Source of the DNA: Macrostomum lignano
Lineage: Eukaryota
Assembly (NCBI GenBank): GCA_002269645.1
Contig: NIVC01003162.1
Coordinates: 1-64,000 of the forward strand
DNA: 64,000 bases
Direction of reading: 5' to 3'
Shown: piece by piece, positions 54,286 through 64,000 of the stretch
How positions within the stretch are numbered: position 1 is the first letter of the stretch
Layout: each line of letters begins with the position of its first letter
Notes under the pieces: model-generated
What the model saw: only the letters and a program-made list of their open reading frames with translations
What the model was told of the DNA's origin: nothing
Databases searched by the model: none
Translations under genes and position numbers: made by a program

Positions 54286-57197
54286 TCAAGTTGCCGTACT
54301 GGCAACTCTCTAAGTGGTTTAGGGACATTCCGCAGTTTGGTTTAAGGGTGATTAAATATTAAGGCAAGGTTAGGGGTTTTGGCAAGTATATAAAAGCGAT
54401 CTTATAGAAAAAATTAAAAATCAGAAAATAGTATTCCAAATTCAGAATGACTTCAACTGTGCTGTGTCACGTCCTTCAATCCTGTTATGTAATTATTAAA
54501 ATATAAGCAGGTGCTGCCATGGGTTATCTTTAGCTTAAGATTTGGGCCAAAAATGAACCAGAAACAGCATATATTAGTTGGGGAGAAGTGGGAGTGGTTG
54601 TTAGAGATGAGAGCTGATGTGACTCATTTCAGCCGAAATCAAAAGGAAACAATGGCTTGGGAAACCGGCCACTTGTTCAAGCAGTTGGTGGGGTGGGGGG
54701 GGGTTGCCGCTGCAATCTGCAATTTTGCTTTGGCAAACGGATCGCTGCAGTCTGACAAATTTGCTTGCAGGGGGGGAGCTGATTGGTGTTTAATTTTAGC
54801 CATTGGCAAGCCCGATTTGGGCGTTGGCGCCGGCGGTCGCTGCATTTTGAATTGATGCCAGCTTTGCACTTTAGGCGCTGATACAATGGGCTGACGGCAC
54901 CACTGCCGGCCTGCGACAGTTGGACATTGGCTGCCTTCGGATTCCATTGTACATTGTCTTTTACATTGTACTCTTAAGTTCTATACCAAGCCCGATGGCG
55001 CTAAACAAGTAGTATGAAGATGCACACGTCTTTTTGCCACCAGTGAACGGGCTTCTTTTTAGACGTGGGTCTTCATACTACTTGACAAACCTAGTTTTGT
55101 ACCGATGAAAAAAAACTTTGAGAAGCTCAAGAAAATGAAAATCGGTTTCTCTCCTCTCTAATCTCTCTCTCTAGTCTCCCCTCTCCTCTCGCTTCTCTCT
55201 TATCTCCTCTTTTCTCTTCTTCCTCTATTCTCTTTCGTTTCCTCTCTCATCTGGCCAGCAGCCATGAACTGGAATCTTCTAGAATAGGCCCTCGATCTAA
55301 AAAATTGTCTAAGTCTCCAGAGCGTTGAAGGGTTATACCACCCCATTAAGCTGGTTGTTTCGGCGCAAGATCTTCTTAGCATCAGCTTAAGTGCTTGGAA
55401 AGTCAGGCCAGTTTTGTGGGACATATTATAATACTCGTACTCTCAATTAGATTGTACACTAAACTGGCATAGATACCCTAAGCCTCTTCCTCTTCTCCAA
55501 CGGGGTTGCAAAGAAAGCTATAAATAAAGTCATTTCAAAACACTGTACATTGCTACTGTATAAGCCGTATCTCACCTTTTGGTCTGGGGAAGGGATTGTA
55601 AACGTAGTGACTTGGAACTTGCCACCCGCTAAACTTTGTCAATTTAAATGTGCAGTTAAAGAGCTAAATTTTAATACAAAATTCTAATCACGTGACGCCT
55701 GTTTATCGATCTAATTTTCCTTGGTCTGTGCGCGAAGCAAATAAAGCTTTATTGACGCCCCTCCGGCCCAAGCCCTCACGTCGTCACTCGTCAGTCCCCC
55801 CCCCGCTTAGAAGGACGGAAGTGTACATTGTATGTACGATTATTCCTTCCCTTCCTTTCCTTTCTAACCAGCTTAACTCGGCCCCACGCCAAAGCCATGC
55901 AAGCAATCGCATGCAAATGCAAATTATGCAATGCGGTATTTCATATGCAGCATAATCTGATGAATTTTGGTGCAAAAAAGGCATTTTTTACCTCAAAAGA
56001 ACAACGAATGGTTATGAAACTCAAGAAATTTGCTAAATTAACTGTATAGAACACTGTGTATTGGTTTCAGTGCAAAATTCCTACCATTACCCGGTTAATT
56101 ACGAGCGTAGCCCCGGAAGTAGCAAAAGTGTCACAAATCAAGTTTTCAGTTTTTTATCGATAATTTTTTACCCAATGAACCGAATCTCTAGAAATTGCAC
56201 ACAAATAGGCCTCGTTATGTGGGAAATCAGGCGTCATAAAAATATTGCCGTCCTATTGCGTTTTTTGCCTGATTTCAAGCCAAATATTAAAAAATCACTA
56301 CTCTGATCGATTTCCAATCACTTTTGACACAAGAGCACTTGTTGCAGACACTCAAAAACTTGGTCAATTAAAGCCCGACATTAGTACAACTAATTGCAGT
56401 GTCCGCATTTGATCTACCATTCTTTTAAAATATTAATCATCCATTTTTCGGGCACCGAATCAGCCAAAATTCACAAATTATCGATTTCTGATCGATTTTT
56501 CAACCCGAAAGCATCGAAATCAGACGGCGGCAATTTATAGTACAGCAACTTTGCTATAGAAATTTGAAATCGGCTTTATTCGCACCATGTTCTCAAAATT
56601 ATAATGAGCAATAATGCGAAACTCATGTGATTTTTTGAAAAATCGATTCTTGTAGATTTTCTCAGCACTGCAGAATCGTAGGAAAACAAAACTTTAGACA
56701 CTTGTAGATATTTGCATTGCGCATCTAACTGCACTGCTTTGAAGCCGAAACTCAAAAAGCTTCGTAGGAAAAAGTGGGGAGATAATAAAATGAGGGTATT
56801 TTTTTACCCAAAAAAACCCACCAAAACTGAATAAAGATGTCGAAATAAATTAAAGCGCCATATACCATTTTGTAGTAAATTTAGTTTTACAACTTTGATC
56901 CTCAGATGTCGAAGCCGTATCTCGTTAAGGTGTACCAGAATTTTGAGATCTCCCAGAAGCACTTTTGAAAAAATCGTCTTTCCACTTAATTTACGGCTTA
57001 GTAATAAAATCTCTGCACTTAAAAGTATATTCATTCGATAGATCTAAAAGTTTTCTATCGATCGACACCTCACTCAACTCAATCGGTGCAGTGGTTGCAA
57101 AAAAGGAGCATTTTTTGGCGAAAAAACGTGAAATTTAAAAATGCATGGGAGTCTAACTTATTTACCGGCGGCGCCGGACTCGGCTCGTTCACTGGTG

Positions 57198-57808
57198 GAA
57201 CTAGAGCTGGTATAGACATCACAACTAGAGCTGGTATAGGCATCACAACTAGAGCTGGTATAGGCATCACAACTAGAGCTGGTATAGGCATCACAACTAG
57301 AGCTGGTATAGGCATCACAACTAGAGCTGGTATAGGCATCACAACTAGAGCTGGTATAGGCATCACAACTAGAGCTGGTATAGGCATCACAACTAGAGCT
57401 GGTATAGGCATCACAACTAGAGCTGGTATAGGCATCACAACTAGAGCTGGTATAGGCATCACAACTAGAGCTGGTATAGGCATCACAACTAGAGCTGGTA
57501 TAGACATCACAACTAGAGCTGGTATAGGCATCACAACTAGAGCTGGTATATATAGACATCACAACTAGAGCTGGTATAGGCATCACAACTAGAGCTGGTA
57601 TAGGCATCACAACTAGAGCTGGTATATATAGACATCACAACTAGAGCTGGTATAGGCATCACAACTAGAGCTGGTATATATAGACATCACAACTAGAGCT
57701 GGTATAGGCATCACAACTAGAGCTGGTATATATAGACATCACAACTAGAGCTGGTATAGGCATCACAACTAGAGCTGGTATAGACATCACAACTAGAGCT
57801 GGTATAGA
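57198..57808. repeat. 24-bp minisatellite (CTAGAGCTGGTATAGGCATCACAA)
   Basis: Direct reading. Confidence 0.96.
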
Positions 57809-59973
57809 CGCCAAACAGCCGGGGCCTCTGATATCGAATGTCAGACTGGCCCAGTTGAGTATAAATTAGCCATTGCCCGATGAAAATCGCAGGCAGGCTG
57901 TTGTGCGCAGCTTCCTGTTATTTCTGCTCGATGCTTTCAGGTGCAAATAATTGTAAGCCATAAAAGCGGAGGATTTACGCTGCTTTTAGCTGATGGGGAC
58001 GGACCGGCATCCTTCATCATGCTTGCTTGGGATCGAGTGGAGTTGTGGGTGCCCGGGTTTGCAGATCAAACGAGTGGCAGCCCACATCTCCTTAATTGAG
58101 TTATCAACACGGCTGCCCCTGTGCTCAGATATCGCCGATTTGCAATAAATATCCCATATCCCCATTTTTTGCTTCTCCTCCCATGGGGTCCCGGCCGGTT
58201 TCAGACCCCCCCAGTAAAAGGCTTGTAGGGGAATGATGACGAGAGGCGTCAAATAAAGATGCTAACAAAATCGGCAGATCAGCAGACAGCTCAGAGCTAA
58301 TTATTCGTTCCGGTCAAGCGCGGGTTGTTAAAGTGCGCCCAAATGCAGCAGAGGCTGAATCAATATTTCAAGTTTGCACTAATTTATTTTTGGCCCGCTT
58401 GCGTGTTTGCCATCGCCTGCCTGCTACAGTCAGCATTGCTATTATTACCATGATGACTCAAGCCCGATTGCTGCGGAGTCCGGGCTTGAGCACGTGTGTG
58501 GGCGGCTGCTCTCGGTTGCTGGGAGACCGACAGTAGAGAAAGGAAACTAGCAACGTCGCTGACAATACCATCCGGTTGCTACGAGAGTTTCAAACTCCTA
58601 TGAAGAGACGAAGAGCCACTGTGTCTCGTAAAGTGGCGATCGATACCGGATCCGGAATGGTAAAGATTCTATTTTAATCATAGATTCATAGACCAGGAAG
58701 TTCAACCATAGACAATCAATCCTGGCGCTGGAGAGGAGATTGCAACTGAAAGCTACGAGTATAATAGTTGCCACTATAAAAAAACAAAAAAATGAATTTC
58801 TTTCACCTTAGACCTAAAGGTGATTTTGCCATAGAAAAAATCAATTCTGTTCGCTTGATCGTGAAAGACTGATCAATTGACGTATTCTCACCGATTGGGG
58901 CTACGTAAATTAAAATTGCTACTCAACTCCAACCTGAGCACCGCACTTACAAGGGGGGCTTCAGGACGCACCCACACAAGGCTTCACCAGAGTCTGGACG
59001 CAGTGGTACAGCCTGGGGCTGGCACACATTGGCCGGTACGCCTCGGTAAGCTCTGGCGGGTCTTAATTCGATTGCTCTAGATTGAGTTAAGTAAGAGACC
59101 GTCTTTCCGGCTAGCAAGGAGAGAAAATCAAGACGTGAACACGACACCACACCCCAACACACGGCGTCAGTAATTAAATATCTACGGCCCGCGGAGGGGG
59201 GAGGCCAACAGCCCTCCAACCCACCACCCCATCGATCCCAACCCGCGCCAGCCAACCACACCGCCAGGGGGGGAGGAAACACCGATCCCCCCGCCGCTCG
59301 GCCCAGCCAATCAGAACGCAGTAAGCAACAAATAGTACAGAAGCTGAACGATAAGTCATAGTAAAAAAACGCCCGGCTTGAACCAATTGATGCATGTGGG
59401 GACAAACTGAGTCAACCTGGCACTGAAACAAAAGTGCATGCAGAAAACAACAGTAATAAAAGTATTGAGTGCAAGTTTCACTAATAGATCGATAAAATTG
59501 ACTCTTAGTCACTCAGAAGTTAGCAATGGAAAATCTTTTTTAAAATGAACATTACTACGCCTTTACACTTTCATTAAGCCTGGAGACGAAAAAAGCTTTA
59601 ATGTTTCAAGCAATTTAGCCAGCCCATCTTGGTCTGGGGGATAGATTGGCATTGTACGTATTGAGGCAATGCTGCCAGTGTTTGTACTACAGCCGGGTAG
59701 GGACCGAGAGAGTTTCCAATTGGTGAAAAGGTGCCTTCGCAACCAACGCCCTTGAAGCTAATTTTTTGTTTGCTACGTCAATCAGGGCCAAAGCCAGTGG
59801 GAGCCGGGGCGGGCGGCCTCCTCACTCCGCCGCCCTCTCGTCCCCCCCCCCCCCCGGCGGGTCAGATTGCGTGTATTTAAGCTGCGGCACGGGCCGCCCC
59901 AGCTGCCCTTACGCCACCAGCTCAGCCGGCACCAGCTCAGGCGCAACACTCGACAGCTACTCTCGAACCCGAC

Positions 59974-60393
59974 ATGCCGACTGCCGCGCACTGCCGCCAG
60001 CCGCACCAGCCGCCGCCGCTGGCCCTGCTACTGGCTCTGCTATTAATTTGCCTGGGCGCCCAGCTGCCAAAAGCGGCGGCGCAGAACGCCGAGGTCGAAC
60101 GAATCTGCGGCCAAAATCCGTTCGAAAGGCTGAAGCAGATCGCCGAAAATATTCTGCAGAGAACTCTAACAGGCCGTGAGTAGCTGCTCAGGTTGCTAAC
60201 CGATAATATCAAACAGCTTAAACTTCGCGTTGCTAACCCCGGCAGCCACTCCCTTTATTCCGGTAATTTTGCAGCCGAGTTCCACATCCTGTTCAACCGG
60301 GCGCTTAGCGATCCGGAGAAGGGCCCGCGGCTGAAGGCTGCGGTCACCCGCTACCAGGAGTGCAGCCTGGGCGTGGAGAACAGCCACTTCTGA
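59974..60393 (+). CDS. Orphan small secreted protein, ~106 aa, 2 exons: 59974-60175 and 60275-60393
   Basis: Signal peptide LALLLALLLICLG; donor C|GTGAGT; branch GCTAAC plus acceptor TTTTGCAG; the phase-1 join removes the in-frame TAG at 60181; GC-rich codon usage like the other genes. Confidence 0.7.
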
Positions 60394-61444
60394 ACTGGTG
60401 GCGCAATGCTAACTGACTGAAATAGACACACCCGCACCTGGCCTACTCACCGGGCAGTGTTTAATCAAGCACCTCTTATTCACTCACCTCTTCCGGCACC
60501 AGTTTTGTGTTATTCAATTCAATTTTAATCGGGTCGCAACAGCGAAATACAAATTTGAGCTAGACAAATTCTAGGACATGAGTCAACCTCATCTCAACCG
60601 GGTATCTGATTATAAACTAACAGCTTTTGAGCAAGCAAAATAAAAACAATTGAGAGGATGCGTCTGTTACCGTGATGGCTTTTTGCAATTATTGTTATCA
60701 GCTTGTAGAAGAAATCAGATTAGTTGCGAAGAGAGTCAAGCAACCCCACAGGCCGAAGGGATTGTGATTGATTCTATGGAAGGTCTAATCATTGTGGCAA
60801 TCACAATTTGTATTAGGCTATTATTAATATAGATAATTGGGCGAATGTCTGGTGGAGTGAGCCTGTTCATAATTAGTGTTATTGTAATGCACTTATTTAA
60901 ATAAATAAGCAGAGCAAATGTGATTGAAGTTGCCAGTGAGATACACAAATATGCGGCCACATATAAGAGGGTTTTAGAGAGAAAAAATATCGACAAAGGA
61001 GCGGTTGGCAACTACATGTATCTACTGTCTAAGTTAATTTGAAGCAAAGAAGACAGACAGAAGCAGAAAAAATGATCGGAATAGCGTAGACTTCAAGTGT
61101 TCAGTAAAAATAAAACTTCAACAAATTAAAAACTAAGGCCTTCAATAATAGAAAATATCGAATATAGATTAATTGGCCCAGCTTCACTTCACGCAATCCA
61201 GAAACCCGATAGGCCAAGGTAATAAAATTTAATCGATAATTGAGGCATCTGACCTAATTTCATGGTGGATGTCCTCGGCAGACCTCGCAAAGTGCAAAGC
61301 TAAATTTAGCAACAGAAACACAGCAAGAAAAAGTCGGTGTAACTAGGATTCCTGGTTCTCCGAATACATAATATTGCAGCGGGAACCCCCCACGCCTCCG
61401 TGCGTGCTTTTAACGTCGATTTCACTGCCACTATTTGACTGCCG

Positions 61445-62160
61445 ACCAAACCCCAACCACAACCAAAACCCCAACCACAACCCCAACCCCAACCACAACC
61501 CCAACCACAACCACAACCCCAACCCCAACCCCAACCACAACCCCAACCACAGCCCCAACCCCAACCTCAATCACAACACCAACCATAATCACAACACCAA
61601 ATCAAACACAACCCCAACCCCAACCACAACCACAACCCCAAACCAAACTACAACCCCAAACCAAACCACAACCCCAACCACAACCCCAACCCCAACCACA
61701 ACCCCAACCACAACCACAACCCCAACCCCAACCCCAACCACAACCCCAACCACAGCCCCAACCCCAACCTCAATCACAACACCAACCATAATCACAACAC
61801 CAAATCAAACACAACCGCAACCCCAACCACAACCACAACCCCAAACCAAACTACAACCCCAAACCAAACTACAACCCCAAACCAAACCACAACCCCAACC
61901 ACAACCCCAATCACAACACCAAATCAACCACAATTCCAACCACAACTCCAACCCCAGTCACAACATCAACCACAACCACAACACGAAATCAACCACAATT
62001 CCAACCACAACCCCAACCCCAGTCACAACATCAACCACAACCACAACACGAAATCAACCACAATTCCAACCACAACCCCAACCCCAGTCACAACATCAAC
62101 CACAACCACAACCCCAACCCCAGTCACAACCCCAACCCCAACCACAACCGCAACCCAAAA
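61445..62160. repeat. Degenerate hexamer array (CAACCC/CAACCA) with internal block duplications
   Basis: Direct reading. Confidence 0.92.
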
Positions 62161-62379
62161 ATAATCGGCAGTCAAAAGCCGGGCTCCCGATTTAGACAGG
62201 CCTAGCATTCAGAATTCCCTACGGAGAACTAACTTGACGATATGTTTAGAAAACCAATTTATCCCAAAGGTAGGCGAAGACAGCACCAACTTGAAGATTA
62301 ATTACGAGCGTATAATTGACAATATAATGTAAGGTAGGCCACAGAACATCATCCTCTCCATTAGAATCTGCGCTGGAAT

Positions 62380-64000
62380 TCAAAAGAACTCGGAGTCCGA
62401 GCTCTGGCTGGTGTCGCCTCCGCCTCCGCTGCGACCGGCAGCTCCGCCGTCCCGATGCGTTACGCCGCCATCGTTGTCGACCTCGGCGCTAACAGCGGCA
62501 GTGGCGGCTGCTCCGCCAGATGCGTCGCAGTCGTCTTCGTTGGCCTGCAGCAGCGAGGAGCGAGACCGGAGCAGCAGGCGGGAGAAGCTGGGGAACATGG
62601 CGGCCAGGAGCAGCTGCAGGCACTCGGCTGTGCGGGCCGAGCTGGCGCAGGCCAGAGCGGGTACGCCGCCTTCGGCGTCGGCGCAGAATAGGTTGGCCTT
62701 CTTGCTGATCAGGTGCTCAACAACGCCGGGCAGGCCGTTGCCGGCTGCCAGGTGGATTGGCCCTCGACCAGCGCTGTCCAGCTGCGGCAGGACCAAGGCG
62801 AGTCAAGGCGTGCGGTTAGCGCGGGTGGCAACCGCTTGCAGCAAGAATTGAAGGTTGCTTAGGGATTTTGGGTCACTTGAGGACTCTGGGTCACTTGGGG
62901 ATTTTGGGTCATTTGGGGACTTTAAGCCACTTAGGGACTTTGGGTCACTTGGGGATTTTGGGTCACTTGGGGATTTTGGGTCAGTTAGGGATTTTAGGTC
63001 AGTTAGGGACTTTAAGTCACTTGGGGACTTTGGGTCAGTTAGGGATTTTGGGTCACTTGGGGACTCTGGTTCACTTGGGGACTTTGGGTCACTTGGGGAC
63101 TTTGGGTCACTTGGGGACTTTAGGTCACTTAGGGACTCTGGGTCACTTGGGGACTCTGGGTCACTTGGGGACTTTGGGTCACTTGGGGACTTTGGGTCAG
63201 TTAGGGACTTTGGGTCAGTTAGGGACTTTGGGTCACTTGGGGACTTTGGGTCAGTTAGGGATTTTAGGTCAGTTAGGGACTTTAGGTCAGTTAGGGATTT
63301 TGGGTCAGTTAGGGACTTTAAGTCACTTGGGGACTTTGAGTCACTTGGGGACTTTGGGTCACTTGGGGACTTTGGGTCACTTGGGGATTTTGGGTCAGTT
63401 AGGGACTTTGGGTCAGTTAGGGATTTTGGGTCACTTGGGGACTCTGGGTCACTTGGGGACTTTGGGTCACTTGGGGACTTTGGGTCAGTTAGGGACTTTG
63501 GGTCACTTGGGGACTCTGGGTCACTTAGGGACTTTGGGTCACTTGGGGACTTTGGGTCAGTTAGGGACTTTGGGTCAGTTAGGGACTTTGGGTCACTTAG
63601 GGACTTTGGGTCACTTGGGGATTTTGGGTCAGTTAGGGACTTTAGGTTAGTTAGGGAATTTGGGTCAGTTAGGGATTTTGGGTCACTTGGGGACTTTGGC
63701 CTGTTTAGAATAGAAAAAACCTGACTCAATAGAGGATAGAATTGAAAAACAATCACTCCGACACTCATCACTCACAGCATTGATGAGATCAGGATCCACT
63801 ATCCGCTCCAATAGGAGAAGAGCGGCTCCCTCGTCGCTAGTAGAGCAGGCGTGATGCAGACAGGTCCTGCCGTCGGCGTCAACCACCGACACGGAGGCGC
63901 CGGCATCAAGCAACAGGCTGGTGGCAGCGGCGCGCGCCTTGCCGGCTGCCAGCAGAAGCGGCGTAGCGCCTTCAGCGTCGGCGACGTCAACGGTGGCGCC
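62380..64000 (-). CDS. PP6 regulatory ankyrin-repeat subunit-like (ANKRD28/44/52 family), last two exons: 64000-63776 (truncated by window) and 62781-62380
   Basis: Ankyrin repeats (DAEGATPLLLAAG, DADGRTCLHHAC, DSAGRGPIHLAAGNG) and the family C-terminal DAEGGVPALACA..AECLQLLLAAM; phase-0 GT-AG intron. Confidence 0.85.
62860..63698. repeat. Intronic minisatellite, 18-bp unit (GGGACTTTGGGTCACTTG / GGGACTTTGGGTCAGTTA)
   Basis: Direct reading; last intron of the ankyrin gene. Confidence 0.95.

Noticed and set aside
55680-57150. AT-rich segment resembling a non-autonomous DNA transposon
   Set aside because: I could not find terminal inverted repeats, a TSD or a second copy in the window.
60176-60216. 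41-nt intron, or stop-codon readthrough at TAG 60181, in the secreted orphan gene
   Set aside because: The 41-nt intron gives an immediate stop. The 99-nt intron to 60274 has a better pyrimidine tract and restores the frame, so readthrough is not needed.
61445-62160. Interstitial telomeric repeat
   Set aside because: Units are CCCCAA/CCACAA variants, not the CCCTAA expected for flatworms, and they are highly degenerate.

Overview
Eukaryotic (metazoan) genomic DNA, most likely a macrostomid flatworm such as Macrostomum. This is an inference from a near-match to the Macrostomum spliced-leader (SL) sequence as I recall it, GC-rich exons and minisatellite-filled introns. Genes I could reconstruct exon by exon with phase-consistent splice sites: an intronless class A GPCR (-), the 3' end of LYST (+), a complete 15-exon ADAM metalloprotease (-), a partial WSC+PAN/apple gene (+), an intronless GT31-like glycosyltransferase (+), a 6-exon mucolipin (+), a 2-exon universal stress protein (+), a 2-exon orphan secreted protein (+) and the 3' end of an ANKRD28/44/52-type ankyrin gene (-). 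Mucolipin intron 1 carries a full-length, intact APE-RT-RNaseH non-LTR retrotransposon with a 13-bp TSD and a TAATG stop/start overlap. About 30 tandem arrays account for nearly all the long repetitive ORFs in the ORF track. The most intriguing signal is a genomic SL-exon-like 47-mer at 5744-5790 (-). It lacks its own GT donor, has CCAAT boxes upstream and a strong donor 111 nt downstream, and lies upstream of the GPCR on the same strand, all apparently inside a LYST intron. There are no CRISPR arrays, rRNA or tRNA genes that I can support.
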